From NCBI GenBank assembly GCA_002269645.1, contig NIVC01000040.1, forward strand, positions 248,001 through 312,000: 64,000 bases of DNA, written 5' to 3'. The notes beneath the pieces were generated by a model that worked only from the letters and a program-made list of their open reading frames with translations, had not been told where the DNA came from and ran no database searches. This document shows, piece by piece, positions 1-15,230 of the stretch (the first letter of the stretch is position 1; each line of letters opens with the position of its first letter). Source of the stretch: Macrostomum lignano. Taxonomy: Eukaryota. The translations under genes were made by a program, and so were the position numbers.

Positions 1-230
1 TATCCCCCATCTTCTATTCCCATCCCTTATCCCCTATCTTTTATCCCATCCTTTATGCTGCCCTATCCCTTATCCACCAATCCCCTATCCCAACCCCAAC
101 CCCATCCTCCATCCCATCCTCCATCCCATCCTCTATCCCATCCTCCATCCCATCCTCCATCCCATCCTCCATCCCATCCTCCATCCCATCCTCCATCCCA
201 TCCTCCATCCCATCCTCTATCCCCTTGCCC
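1..230. repeat. 12-bp minisatellite (CCATCCCATCCT)n
   Basis: Unit read directly; degenerate toward the window start. Confidence 0.9.
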
Positions 231-680
231 GCAAAGTCCATCTTCACTGACCACTACAATCGCAATATAGCAGCAAGTACGGCCAAAGATAATTAATGGA
301 CCAGAAACGCAATTCAGCTAAAGAAATTACATGTAAACCTGCTGAATGCGTGGGCCGGACACTGCAGCCCTTGTGCTGCACGCAATGGAGGACAACTGCT
401 CATTATAGCCGTTTAGCTAATAAATATTAACGAAGTCAATTGTGCAGCTGAAGAGCAGGGCAGGTAGGCTTGAGATGACGGCAACCAAGGGGAGGCTGCT
501 TGAAGGACAGACTGCGGTGGCTGAGACAAGCCAGAGGTGGAGCAGATTGTACCCGTATAACAATAGGACTGGGTGTAGTGAGGCTGGCTGCTCACATACG
601 AGCGTAAAAGCTCTTTCGTTTACTACTGCTTGATGAGAGCGTGTACTATTAGCTATGGAGCTGTACCTCTAGCTGGTAAT

Positions 681-730
681 AAATAGATAGATAGATGATA
701 GACAGATAGATAGATAAATAGATGATAGAC

Positions 731-774
<44 letters not shown>

Positions 775-800
775 GATAGACAGATAGATAGATGATAGAC

Positions 801-845
<45 letters not shown>
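681..845. repeat. (GATA)n microsatellite with GACA/GAT variants
   Basis: Read directly. Confidence 0.95.
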
Positions 846-1500
<655 letters not shown>

Positions 1501-2060
1501 GCACAGACGGCAGCCATCGCTACCCGAGTGCAGCTGGATTTCAGCATGTTTAAAATGGCTTTCATCTCGCTAATTAACTGCGAACTGACATTCATCTGCG
1601 GTCAGACGCAGCTGCGCTGTAGGGGAGGGGGTTGCTCAGCAAAGCGGAACAGCAGCTCAGAAAACAGCAATCCGCATCCTCCGCCACACCTCACCAATTC
1701 TCTTCCTTATCTATATTACCTGAGAGAGCTTGCCAAGCTCAGGCCAATGCAGCACCGAGAGCCAGATCGGCGCTGATTGGCCCGACCGCGTGCACTGGTG
1801 GCAAAGCGGATGGGATTTTCGCTTGGATAGGCTGCGCAACCCCCTGCCCTTGTTGCTTGCGGCATCAGCCGAGGTACGTCAGGAGCCTGAGGGAGAGGAG
1901 AGAACAGAGAGATGATGGGTTAGGAGGAAATTAGAAAGACTAAAAGCCGCTCCTCCCAGAGGTTACCTATAGCTTTGTAGATTTCTCTCGCCCCTCCCCT
2001 CCCCTGCCGAGTGAATGAATGAAATGAAGGATCCGCGAGCGTCGCTGCTGGCAGTCTCAG

Positions 2061-2156
2061 GTATACTCAGAGAGAGCACCGCCGAAGCATGCTGGCCTCG
2101 AACCAGCCACCCTAGTGCCACCCCACATCTGTAGGCTCAGTCATGTAGTTTCTCAG
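2061..2156 (+). other. Putative 96-nt 5'UTR intron (or trans-splice acceptor) of the Kv1 gene
   Basis: CAG|GTATAC donor-like site at 2061 and TTTCTCAG| acceptor ending at 2156, 32 nt before the ATG. Confidence 0.35.
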
Positions 2157-2188
2157 AGCCCCCGAGATACGGCCGACCCGTCCCCAAA

Positions 2189-3778
2189 ATGGAATTCGCC
2201 ATGGCTGGCTTCGGCGAGATGAACGGCAACCCCGACGCCTGTCCGCCGCCGCACTCTTACAGGTCGCACCATCACCAGCCGCCGCTGCAGCATCCGCGAA
2301 TGCTCGACCAGCCGCCGCCGCTCGATGACGAAGCCACGGCGATTGCCGATGGCGTCGGGGCGACCTCAGCAGGGAATCGTCGGGGCGTCGCCGCGGCCAG
2401 TTCCGACTGCGAGCGGGTGGTCATCAACGTCAGCGGTCTGCGGTTTGAGACGCAGCTGAAAACTCTGGCCCAGTTCCCCGAGTCGTTGCTGGGCGACCCT
2501 CTCAAACGGAACCGCTACTACGACCCGTTGAGAAACGAATACTTTTTCGATCGTAATCGGCCTTCGTTCGACGCGATTTTGTACTTTTACCAGAGCGGCG
2601 GCAGGCTGCGCCGCCCCGTCAACGTCCCCATTGACGTCTTCACGGAGGAGATCCGCTTCTACGAGCTTGGCGAGGAGGCCATCGAGAAGTACCGCGACGA
2701 TGAGGGCTTCATCAAAGAGGAGGTCAAGGTGCTGCCCGAAGATGAGTTCCAGCGCAAAGTCTGGCTGCTGTTCGAGTACCCGGAGAGCTCCATGGCAGCC
2801 AGGGTGATCGCCATCATCTCGGTGTGCGTCATCCTGCTCAGCATCGTGATCTTCTGCATGGAGACTCTGCCCCACTACCGGCACTACAAAGTCGTCAACG
2901 ACACGTTCGGCAACGTCACCAGCCACGCTATCGAGGAGGACGACATACCGCAATTTGGCGAGCCCTTCTTCGTCATCGAGACAATCTGCATCATCTGGTT
3001 CACCTTCGAGCTGCTGGTCCGGTTTGCTTCGTCGCCGGAGAAGCTCGCCTTCTTCAAGAACATGATGAACTCCATCGACATCGTGGCCATCATTCCCTAC
3101 TTCATCACGCTCGGCACGGTGATCGCAGACGACAGTCGAAGCAACCAGGCGATGTCTCTGGCCATCCTGCGGGTTATCCGTCTGGTGCGAGTGTTCCGAA
3201 TCTTCAAGCTGAGCCGCCACTTCAAGGGACTGCAGATCCTCGGCCAGACTCTCAAAGCATCGGTTCGAGAGCTCGGCCTGCTGGTGTTCTTCCTACTCAT
3301 TAGCGTGATCCTCTTCTCCTCGGCCGTGTACTTTGCCGAGGCCGACTCGGCCCTCAAGTCGCATTTCGACTCGATACCGTCGGCGTTCTGGTGGGCTGTG
3401 GTCACCATGACAACAGTTGGCTACGGCGATATGCTGCCCGTGACGGTCTGGGGCAAGCTGGTGGGGTCCCTGTGCGCCATAGCCGGTGTGCTGACCATAG
3501 CCCTGCCCGTGCCAGTGATTGTGTCGAACTTCAACTACTTCTACCACCGGGAGACCGAGTCCGAGGACAAGCAGACCTACGTGCACATCCAGTCCTGCCC
3601 AGCTTACAGCCGCGACTTCAATGCGGCGGTTCAGAAAAGCTCGCTGGCCTCGTTATCTGACGTCCTGGAAGCAGATCCAGAAGCTACAGAGGCGCTGCAG
3701 CAGCAGCAGCAGCAGCAGCATTCTGCAGGCACAGCAAATCCCAAGTGTCCAGTTAGCTGCTTTGAAACTGACGTGTGA
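2189..3778 (+). CDS. KCNA: Shaker/Kv1 voltage-gated potassium channel alpha subunit, 529 aa, intronless CDS
   Basis: T1 domain ([12 protein letters not shown]...[26 protein letters not shown]), S4 [19 protein letters not shown], pore [10 protein letters not shown]6 [23 protein letters not shown]-terminal ETDV. The N-terminus MEFAMAG resembles the MEVAM- start of Aplysia Kv1/Kv1.4. Confidence 0.97.
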   Translation: MEFAMAGFGEMNGNPDACPPPHSYRSHHHQPPLQHPRMLDQPPPLDDEATAIADGVGATSAGNRRGVAAASSDCERVVINVSGLRFETQLKTLAQFPESLLGDPLKRNRYYDPLRNEYFFDRNRPSFDAILYFYQSGGRLRRPVNVPIDVFTEEIRFYELGEEAIEKYRDDEGFIKEEVKVLPEDEFQRKVWLLFEYPESSMAARVIAIISVCVILLSIVIFCMETLPHYRHYKVVNDTFGNVTSHAIEEDDIPQFGEPFFVIETICIIWFTFELLVRFASSPEKLAFFKNMMNSIDIVAIIPYFITLGTVIADDSRSNQAMSLAILRVIRLVRVFRIFKLSRHFKGLQILGQTLKASVRELGLLVFFLLISVILFSSAVYFAEADSALKSHFDSIPSAFWWAVVTMTTVGYGDMLPVTVWGKLVGSLCAIAGVLTIALPVPVIVSNFNYFYHRETESEDKQTYVHIQSCPAYSRDFNAAVQKSSLASLSDVLEADPEATEALQQQQQQQHSAGTANPKCPVSCFETDV

Positions 3779-5499
3779 CGCCACTCTCAGGCCCCTCTCC
3801 CCCCGGTCCCCGAGCAGCTCCCGCGGCTTGTCGGAAAAATCTGTGGACTTCCTTAATTTGCAGAGAAATCACAAACACACGCACACAATGCGCACGAGAG
3901 CTCACAAATATTTCAAATTGTCATCCTTTCGCCTTCATTCGACGCGTGTTGAGTCCAGCTGCCGCTTGCAGGTCCAACATCTCAAGCTCGGTCTCAGACA
4001 AGCGACTCAGACAATGCGCCGGGCTACCATTATCAAATAACTGCCAACAATTCATTCATCAGCTTGGTAAGCTTGCCATTGCGGCCTTGTTGCTTGTTTA
4101 ATGAAACAGGACCTGTCGAGAGTAGTGCTAAATTCTGCTAAATTAAGTAGTAGGGCCAGGTACTCTGGAGAACCATTGTCCCGCAACCAACGCTGACGGA
4201 ATGAATGTGGCCGCGAAAGGAATGGAACCAAGGGGGTCTGCCCTCTTATTAACTAATATAGGTTAATAAGTGATGAGGTCAGGTGCGCAATAGGTACAAA
4301 CTGCGGTAGGAAAAAACCCCATCAATTCAGACCAAAGATAGAAATAGCCGAAGGGGTCAGAGAGATCTAAGGCGGAAGGCTAAATAAACGAATGACTCAT
4401 GCACCCAGAGCTCCGGGAACAATATTTGCGAATGAGATAGATTATATGCCGCACTGCAGCTGCCTCTTGGCCGCCAGATAAGCATGACATAAGTTTAAGC
4501 TATCATTTTTCTACCCAACAGCTTTTTTGAGCAGCTTCTGCACTGCAGTCAAATTTGCCATTGTTTCAGAGTCGCGTACGCGGGAGCCACCAGCTGAGGG
4601 GGGGGGTAAGCAGCCGACCCCAATCCCAGCAACTATCTATCCGCAGCAGCAGCAGCTGCCTCCCTCCTAAATTCTCAACCCCAATTTCAGCTGTTCCCGA
4701 GCTCAAGATAACTGGCAAAGCACGCATAAGAGCTGAATGAATGATGGAGGATGGCATTGCTTAGGCAAGAGACGCAGCGGATAAGGATAAGGGCTTTAGG
4801 GAAGAGGGGGCGGGGCCGATGTACTCTCTCGGATCCTGTGCCGCCCATAAGCCACGAGATCTCCGCCATGGGCTTCTCTGCCTCCGCTAGCGCTCGAATC
4901 TGCGCATTAGCTGTCCAGCCTCCCCTATATAGCCATTGGGTGATATATATACATATTTATTGCCATAAAAAGGAGTTTTTACAAGATAGGCAGAGAGAGA
5001 CCGGGAGGGTTTGAGCAGTGCAGCTCAGAGGGAGGACCGCATCTCTCTATCCCATATACCGCATCCATCCCAGCCCCACAGCCACCCCAGCAGCTTAGGG
5101 GTTAGGGGGAGAAGATGGGGTTGGTTCTGACTGATTCGTCTCAGTGCCTGTGTTTCTATGCTAGATACAGATGTGACGCCTTCTCTCCCTTCCCCCAACC
5201 ACACCTGAATCCCTAATCCCAATTAATTATCGTTCTATTTTTTTATTGTTAGACAATCGCGCGCTATCTGTTGCGCATCAATTATTTGCAAAGTTAACTA
5301 CGATACATATCGACTGCTGAAATAAGTCCGCAAATTTGTGTGCTTGTAGTTTTCAAGTTACCAAGTTTTAAAGGCCAAAATCTTGGGGCACGAATCATTG
5401 TTAGGACCTTTTCCTTTTCAACAACCTTAATTATGTTATTATATGTACTAACTAAATTCAGTTTAGCAAACGGAACTCGTATCTCTTATCTCACTATCT

Positions 5500-6380
5500 A
5501 CCGATTTCTTCTTTTTATCCCTATCCTCACTCTCCTCTCCCATTCTCACTCTTCTTTCCTCTCACATTCCCACTTTTCTTCTCTCCCTCCCATTCTCACT
5601 CTTCTTTCCCATTCTCACTCTTTTCCACTCCCATTCTCACTCTCCTCTCTCCCATTCTCACTCTTTTCCTCTCCCATTCTCACTCTTTTCCGCTCCCATT
5701 CTCACTCTCCTTTTCTCTCCCATTCTCACTCTCCTTTCCCATTCTCACTCTCCTCTCTCCCATTCTCACTCTTTTCCACTCCCATTCTCACTCTCCTCTC
5801 TCCCATTCTCACTCTTTTCCTCTCCCATTCTCACTCTTTTCCGCTCCCATTCTCACTCTCCTTTTCTCTCCCATTCTCACTCTCCTTTCCCATTCTCACT
5901 CTCCTCTCTCCCATTCTCACTCTTTTCCACTCCCATTCTCACTCTCCTCTCTCCCATTCTCACTCTTTTCCTCTCCCATTCTCACTCTTTTCCGCTCCCA
6001 TTCTCACTCTCCTTTCCTCTCCCATTCTCACTCTCCTTTCCCATTCTCACTCTCCTCTCCCCTTCTCACTCTCCTCTCCCATTCTCACTCTCCCTCCCTT
6101 TCTCACTCTCACTCTCCTCTCCCATTCTCACTCTCCCTCCCATTCTCACTCTCCCTCCCATTCTCACTCTCCCTCCCATTCTCACTCTCCTCTCCCCTTC
6201 TCACTCTCCTCTCCCATTCTCACTCTCCTCTCCCATTCTCACTCTCCTCTCCCATTCTCACTCTCCCTCCCTTTCTCACTCTCACTCTCCTCTCCCATTC
6301 TCACTCTCCCTCCCATTCTCACTCTCCCTCCCATTCTCACTCTCCCTCCCATTCTCACTCTCTTCTCCCATTCTCACTTC
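5500..6380. repeat. Pyrimidine-rich minisatellite, core CTCCCATTCTCACT (about 18-22 bp units)
   Basis: Read directly; it generates the spurious ORF 5340-6407. Confidence 0.9.
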
Positions 6381-7035
6381 CGCTCGCATTCATTCGCAGA
6401 AGCGTAGTTTATGGTAAAAATCCCACCAAACCCTAAATTTCAGATGCGCTGGCCGACCACCAGTTTCAGCAATCTGCATCATCTGGAAATGCTCATTCTG
6501 CCGTTAAAATAATTATAATAATAACTAAGATATAATTGCAACCTGCACCTCTGTGAGCTGTTCTGTGCTATTTAACTTTATAAAAATCCTTTACAGTTGT
6601 AAATTAAAAATCAACTCCTTGATTACGTAATTGAATAGTTGAATAAGTTATATTTTTGCATGCTAAAAATGCTGTGCTAAGTTTTGGCGATTAAACATGA
6701 TTCACTTACCATTGGATTAGTAATATAAATACACTCATCATGGCTATATTAAATAGTTATAACTTTTATTTAAAAAACACGAGCAGTCCCGCAAATCAAC
6801 GCCTGGCATGGTCTTATTAGCTAAGCATTCACTCTGGCTTCCGATTGCAGCAGCTCATCTATTCCTGTGCCAGTAGCAGAATAATTTTTGCTTGAATAAT
6901 TGTTAATTATGCAAAACTTAAAATAATTTTATCCCAAACTATCGCTTGCCCCCCGTGTTGCCAGGCGCGAATCTACGTCCCTTGAGACCTCAGAAAGCTT
7001 CAGCTTGAACGCTGAACTGTATGCGTTACAGCAGT

Positions 7036-7612
<577 letters not shown>

Positions 7613-9035
7613 TGTACAGGTTGAAAAACACAGTCCAAAATAGTTGCTAAGCAGCAATTTACTTGAAAAAACTTCGACCAGTCTCCTGTAATTTATCACT
7701 GAAAAGTACAAGAGCTGAGAACTAATCAATAAATGTATACTTTCATATAAATAGATATGATGATAAATAAGATAGCAGAGGGATTTACACAGCTCTGAAA
7801 TTGGATCTCCCCAGAATAGCCCAGCCAATGAGCAGTGATGGCAATTACACGCAATTTTACACAAACTATATTGTCTCACTTCAATTAGAAACAAATTTGC
7901 GGTGCATCTTAGCGAAACAAATTCAAATGGGAGGACAAAAAACTTTCAGGCTAACAGATAAAAAGTGCATCATGTTATTTCTTTAAAAATCGTACAATAC
8001 ATTAAAACAAACAAGTAAACTATAATTTGGAGCGGATAAAAGTGCAAGCAGGAGCCCCGGCGAGAATGTGGTCGATTTGTTTTACTTCGCAAAAAGCTTT
8101 TAATTACTACTTGCAAAGTACAATAAGTAGTATACACTGCACCGCTATTTAATAATTTAGCTAGTAGTTGCAATGTAAGCAGTTTATTTATCACATTCGT
8201 AGGGAATTGGTTTAAAAAAAGTGGAGTGTCATTCAAGGTCATGACACAAAGTAGCAAAAAGTACTTTTTGATAAAGATTTTTTTAGCATAACAGAGAAGC
8301 GCATAGAAATTGAATATTTATTTGCTTTTCTCTACCTGCTTGCGTAACCATACAAGGAAAGAAGTTCAGGGTACAAGCCGCCAAAAAATTGTCTAAGAGT
8401 TGCCTAAAGAGTCAATTGGAGTGGGACCTGAGGCGTTGTTTGCAATGACTCTTTAGCGATTCTAAAGAGGGCAGAGAGGGTAAAGGAGAGGGTTATCAGG
8501 CGGGTAACCGTTCAGTGTCCCACTAATAAAAGCTCCAGTCAAACACAGAAGACAAACACACGAGCACAATAAAGTTGATAATATTAAAACAAACTAAACA
8601 TAATTTAGTGGGCTGAGGGCACACTTTGAACAGTTAATCAGATATGAATAGCAGATATGCAAAGTCACAATTATAATATATACTACTTATAGCACTAAAA
8701 CAAGGAGAGCGCACTAAAGTCCAGGGTGCCAGACAGTATATGCTCAGATAAAAAATGATAAATAAATCAAATTTGTCCGCCTAAATAAGAATTCAGACAA
8801 TTATTCAGGTTAAACAAACAGGCTATACGTACAACACATTTTTACTGGGTAATGGGAGGCTCCTTAGGTGAAACCAGGAGAATCACAATTCAATAGTAGA
8901 AAGCAGAGAAAAAAGGAAAAAAAGAACTGGGTTTACCAGCAGCGGCTTTAACAGTGGCAAAGAATTAGCAGTTGTGCGAAACAGCAGGAGATGGATGCTA
9001 ATGGGTTGTCATTTCTTGGGATTTCTGCAACGGCT

Positions 9036-9535
9036 CAAGGGATTATCAATGATTGGGATTTTGAGGTGGATTATCGCCAAGGGATTATCAATTATTGGGA
9101 TTTTGAAGTGAATTATTATCAAGGGATTATCAATGATTGGGATTTTGAGGTGGATTATCGCCAAGGGATTATCAATGATTGGGATTTTGAAGTGGATTAT
9201 TGTCAAGGGATTATCAATGATGGGGATTTTGAAGTGAATTATTATCAAGGGATTATCAATGATGGGATTTTGAAGTGGATTATTATCAAGGGATTATAAA
9301 TGATGGGATTTTGAAGTGAATTATCGCCAAGGGATTATCAATCATTGGGGATTTTGAAGTGGATTATTGGCAAGGGATTATCAATCATTGGGGATTTTGA
9401 AGTGAATTATCGCCAAGGGATTATCAATCATTGGGGATTTTGAAGTGGATTATTGGCAAGGGATTATCAATGATGGGGATTTTGAAGCGGATTATCGCCA
9501 AGGGATTATCAATGATGGGGATTTTGAAGCGGATT
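9036..9535. repeat. 42-bp minisatellite (CAAGGGATTATCAATGATTGGGATTTTGAGGTGGATTATCGC-like), about 12 copies
   Basis: Period matches the 14-aa repeat in the ORF track; lies just past the phosphatase stop codon. Confidence 0.9.
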
Positions 9536-9729
9536 TAAGCAGGCGTGCATGGGTCGGGTTACTAAGCAAGCAACTAAGCAAGCAACTAAGCAAACAATTT
9601 AAAAACGCGGGGAAAAAGGTGAGCCACTGCGAGAGTTACTCGTAGTTAAACAAACAAACAAACAAACAAGTAAAGATTCATAGTGCAGCAACAAAATAGA
9701 GAAGAAAAGTCTTCTAGAAGTGGATTTAC

Positions 9730-10104
9730 TTAGCCAGAGGCTGCAGCCGGAGGTTCTGAGCTCGAATCCCGCTGCTGCTGCTGCTGCTGCTGCCCGTAGC
9801 AGTGCAGGATGGCTTCGCAGACGAATTTAAACTGAGACGGAGTCTGAATCAGCATCGCTCGCTGGTCGCGCATTCGGCGAACAATTTCCAGGGGACAGAC
9901 TGGCAGGCCGGCCTCCAGCAGGCACAGCGCCGTCTCCATGGTAATGAGGACTCCGGTTCGGCCAATCCCGGCCGAGCAGTGCACCACCATCGGCTCCAGG
10001 TGGCCGGAACGGAGCGATCGAACTTTGGACACGAATGCTAGGAATTCGGCGTGGCTAACTGGGGTGCCGTGATCTGGCCAACTGCTGTACTGCAGCTGCG
10101 TCAC
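9730..10104 (-). CDS. PTPN4: PTPN3/4-like exon 10: PTP catalytic core ([22 protein letters not shown]) and stop
   Basis: Acceptor ATGCAG| at 10105; TAA at 9730-9732. Confidence 0.95.
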   Translation of the reverse strand: MTQLQYSSWPDHGTPVSHAEFLAFVSKVRSLRSGHLEPMVVHCSAGIGRTGVLITMETALCLLEAGLPVCPLEIVRRMRDQRAMLIQTPSQFKFVCEAILHCYGQQQQQQQRDSSSEPPAAASG

Positions 10105-11979
10105 CTGCATGGGGATTAGGGACTGATTGTTGATAGCCTGCACTGTACACCCTGCTAACTGGACACATGTACACCCCGCTAACCAGGCACCTGTACACCC
10201 CGCTAACCAGGCACCTGTACACCCCGCTAACCAGGCACCTGTACACCCCGCTAACCAGGAACCTGTACACCCCGCTAACCAGGCACCTGTACACCCCGCT
10301 AACCAGGCACCTGTACACCCCGCTAACCAGGCACCTGTACACCCCGCTAACCAGGCACCTGTACACCCCGCTAACCAGGCACCTGTACACCCCGCTAACC
10401 AGGCACCTGTACACCCCGCTAACCAGGCACCTGTACACCTCGCTAACCAGGCACCTGTACACCCCGCTAACCAGGCACCTGTACACCCCGCTAACCAGGC
10501 ACCTGTACACCCCGCTAACCAGGAACCTGTACACCCCGCTAACTGGACACCTGTACACCCTGCTAACCAGGCACCTGTACACCCCGCTAAGTAGACACCT
10601 GTACACTCCGCTAACTAGACACCTGTACACCCCGCTAACCAGGCACCTGTACACCCCGCTAAGTAGACAACTGTACACCCTGCTAACCAGGCACCTGTAC
10701 ACAGTACACCCCGCTAACTGGACACCTGTACACCCTGCTAACCAGGCACCTGTACACCCCGCTAACCAGGCACCTGTACACAGTACACCCCGCTAACTGG
10801 ACACCTGTACACCCTGCTAACCAGGCACCTGTACACCCCGCTAACCAGGCACCTGTACACAGTACACCCCGCTAACTGGACACCACACCCTGCTAACCAG
10901 GCACCTGTACACCCCGCTAAGTAGACACCTGTACACTCCGCTAACTAGACACCTGTACACCCCGCTAACTAGACACCTGTACACCCCGCTAAGTAGACAC
11001 CTGTACACTCCGCTAACTAGACACCTGTACACCCCGCTAACTGGACACCTATACACCCCGCTAAGTAGACACCTGTACACCCCGCTAACTGGACACTTGT
11101 ACACTCCGCTAACTAGACACCTGTACACCCCGCTAACTAGACACCTGTACACCCCGCTAACTAGAGTATCACTTAAATACACTCACCTGTCTCTCTCGGC
11201 CGCCCCGACTCAAAATGAACTCTCGCACGCAGATTCCAGCCGGGTCATCGGCCGAACCGGCAACAACAGCAGGAGCGGCGGCGGCGCCATCCTCGGCCAG
11301 CTGCTCGGACACGCAGGTGACAGCAAGTCCAGCAAATTCGGCGCACTCGTACAGCTTCGGCCAGTATTGATGGCATTTTGCTCGGCCACGCTCTACGCTA
11401 GCGGTTAGCATAGCAACTAGTGAGACGCTCTGCTCCCAGCACATCAACCAGAAATCGGCGCACGTGTTGGCCAGGGGTCCTTGGGCGGCGATGTAGCGGT
11501 TCACTATGCCGCTAGGCAGGGGAATCTCCATGTTGACGAAGCTGGCATTGATGTAGTCTGTGCCAGTGATGCTGGCGTCTTGTAGGGTCACCCGGGTGGC
11601 GTCGTCTGTTTATTTGATTGGGGGGGGGGGTCTTATTAGGTTCTAGTCACGATTAGATTATTAAAGAGACCGGCTGACAGGCGGACAAACCGAATACAGA
11701 CATAAGCAGACAGACAGACAGACAGACAGGCACGCAGACAGACAGACAGACAGCCAGACAGACGGACGGACCGACAGACACACAGACGGAGAGACAGACA
11801 AATAGACAGACAGACAGAAAGACAGGCAGACCCGCAGACAGACAGACAGACAGACAGACAGACAGTATAGACCCACAGACAGACAGACAGACAGACAGTA
11901 GAGACCCGCAGACAGACAGACAGACAGACAGACAGTAGAGACCCGCAGACAGACAGACAGACAGACAGTAGAGACCCGC

Positions 11980-12012
<33 letters not shown>

Positions 12013-15000
12013 GTAGAGACCCGCAGACAGACAGACCCGCAGACACACAGAACCAAGACCCTAGACAAAGCCAGCAGTAACACAGAACCAAGACCCTAGA
12101 CAAAGCCAGCAGTAGCACAGAACCAAGACCCTAGACAAAGCCAGCAGTAACACAGAACCAAGACCCTAGACAAAGCCAGCAGTAACACAGAACCAAGACC
12201 CTAGACAAAGCCAGCAGTAGCACAGAACCAAGACCCTAGATAAAGCCAGCAGTAACACAGAACCAAGACCCTAGATAAAGCCAGCAGTAACACAGAACCA
12301 AGACCCTAGACAAAGCCAGCAGTAACACAGAACCAAGACCCTAGACAAAGCCAGCAGTAACACAGAACCAAGACCCTAGACAAAGCCAGCAGTAACACAG
12401 AACCAAGACCCTAGACAAAGCCAGCAGTAACACAGAACCAAGACCCTAGACAAAGCCAGCAGTAACACAGAACCAAGACCCTAGACAAAGCCAGCAGTAG
12501 CACAGAACCAAGACCCTAGACAAAGCCAGCAGTAGCACAGAACCAAGACCCTAGACAAAGCCAGCAGTAACACAGACACCAGCAACTCACACGGGCTGAT
12601 GTCCCGATACCGGTTCTTCACCACATTCTCAGGCTGCCTAGCCGCAGTCATACTCAGGCCGGGCTTTCTCCGATACAGATGCTCAAACTGCACGAGAGCG
12701 GTGCCATTGCGCAGCGATTCGTCGAGTTGTTGCATGGACTCGGCTAAAGTCTGCGGCTGCTTCAGCTGCAGTTGTTGCTGCTGTTGCTGCTGCTGCTGCA
12801 GCAGGTGCTGCATCGCAGCTGGCTGCTGGGGGATCGCGGAGGCTTGATGACGGACGCTACTCCGGAGAGTGGAGACGGCACTCTGCTGTCCGGAATTACT
12901 CAACTCGTCCAGCGATGCCGCTGCTCGAATCTGCTGCTGCTGTTGCTGTTGCTGGGCGGCCCTGCCAACTCCGATCTCAGTCTCCTCGCCGCCAACGCCA
13001 TCGTCTGTGTACATGGCCGGGCGCACAACCAGCACCAGCTCGCCAGAGTGCTTCTCGGCGGCTGCTTTAATGAAGTGTACAGCTTGCTCGTGCGTGTGCG
13101 TGCCCATGTCCCGGCCGTTGATGTACAGCACCTGGGGTTGATTTGAAGATTATTATAACTTTGTAGCTTCAAAATAGCACTAATCTGATTTCAAAATGAC
13201 ACTACTTTCGATTTCAAAATGGCACAACTTTGATCATAAAATGGCACTACTTGGATTTCAAAATGACAATACTTGATTTTAAAATGGCACTACTTTGATT
13301 ACAAAATGGCACTGCTTCGGTTTCAAAATGGCACTACTTGGATTTCAAAATGGCACTAGTTTGATTTCAAAATGGCACTGCTTCGGTTTCAAAATGGCAC
13401 TACTTGGATTTCAAAATGACAATACTTGATTTCAAAATGGCACTACTTTTGATTTCAAAATGGCACTGCTTCAATTTCAAAATGACAATACTTGATTTCA
13501 AAATGGCACTACTTTGCTTACAAAATGGCACTGCTTCGGTTTCAAAATGGCACTACTTGGATTTAAAAATGGCAATAATTTTTAAAAGTTTTAAAGTATT
13601 CACCTGATCGCCTTCGTGCAGCCGAGGGATGCTTATGTCGGCAGGCATATTGGGCGCCACCTTGGAAACCAGAATAGGCAAGCCCTGGTCGTAACCGCCT
13701 TTAACATTGAATCCAAATCTACCAGATTCGTCCGGCTTAATGCGGATGGTTACTAGACTCTCGGCATAGTTGATGGCGCTCAGATGCTGTCCGGCGTCTT
13801 GCAGTCCGGGCGGCTGCGAAAATGGTATGGGGAAAATTTTGGATGTGTTTGGGATTTTGGATGCTTATGTAGTTTCGGGATAAATGGGATTTGGGATGAC
13901 TATGTAGTTTTGGGATAAATGGAATTTGGAATAATTGTGTAGCTTAGGGATAAACAGAGTTTGGGATAATTCCGTAGTTTTGGGATAAATGGGATTTGGG
14001 ATGACTATGTAGCTTTGGGATAAACAGGGTTTGGGATGATTCTGTAGTTTTGGGGAAAATGAGATTTGGGATAATTGTGTAGTTTTGGGGAAAATGAGAT
14101 TTGGGATAATTGTGTAGTTTTGGGGAAAATGAGATTTGGGATAATTGTGTAGTTTTGGGGAAAATGAGATTTGGGATAATTGTGTAGTTTTGGGGAAAAT
14201 GAGATTTGGGATAATTGTGTAGTTTTGGGGAAAATGAGATTTGGGATAATTGTGTAGTTTTGGGGAAAATGAGATTTGGGATAATTGTGTAGTTTTGGGG
14301 AAAATGAGATTTGGGATAATTGTGTAGTTTTGGGGAAAATGAGATTTGGGATAATTGTGTAGTTTTGGGGAAAATGAGATTTGGGATAATTGTGTAGTTT
14401 TGGGGAAAATGAGATTTGGGATAATTGTGTAGTTTTGGGGAAAATGAGATTTGGGATGATTCTGTAGTTTTGAGATAAATAGGATTTAGGATAATGGGGA
14501 TAGTTGTATAGCCTTGGGATAAATATGATTTGTGATGATTCTGTAGTTTTGGGAAAAATGAGATTTGGGATAATTCTGTAGTTTTGGGATAGTGCTGTAA
14601 AGTAAAGATATACACTGTATGATGCACTGAATGATAGGATTGAAGCACATATTTTGTTGACTAATAAATTCCTAAAAAGATACCTAATAAGGTAACTCAC
14701 GCGGATGTACAATATGGTGACCAGACCCAGAGCCTCAGCAACTTCCATAGACAGAAAAGGCATGATGGAGAAGAGTTGGCAGAGCATAAGAGCAATGTAA
14801 AAATGATTGTTTTGCTAAGCCGGACAGATGGAGAGAGGAGACATAAAATATCAGTTTAGCTGTTGTCCATCCCCATTGGCGATGTTTCTGCAGCCCAATC
14901 ACGGCTAGGATTGGCCAAGTAAGAAATGGCGAGGCAGAAACACGGAGCCTGTGTTGTCGCTCTCATTTAAATTGTTATAATTTTTACTTACCACTTAGTC

Positions 15001-15199
15001 AGTGAATGCTATGAGCCACCTGACTGCTAGCGGTTAAACCTGTGTCTTTGTGTCATCTTTTTGTATGTCTGTCTGTCTGTGTGTCTGTCTTAGTGTCTGT
15101 CTGTGTGTCTTAGTGTCTGTCTGTCTGTCTGTCTGTGTGTCTTAGTGTCTGTCTGTCTGTCTGTGTGTCTGTCTGTCTGTGTCTGTCTGTCTGTCTTAG

Positions 15200-15230
<31 letters not shown>

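Noticed and set aside
2366-3660. Antisense and alternate-frame ORFs overlapping Kv1 (284, 159 and 103 aa, among others)
   Set aside because: Expected shadows of a high-GC3 coding region; no recognisable domains.
8991-9645. QGIINDWDFEVDYR repeat ORFs
   Set aside because: A 42-bp minisatellite with indels and stops between pieces; no splice support.
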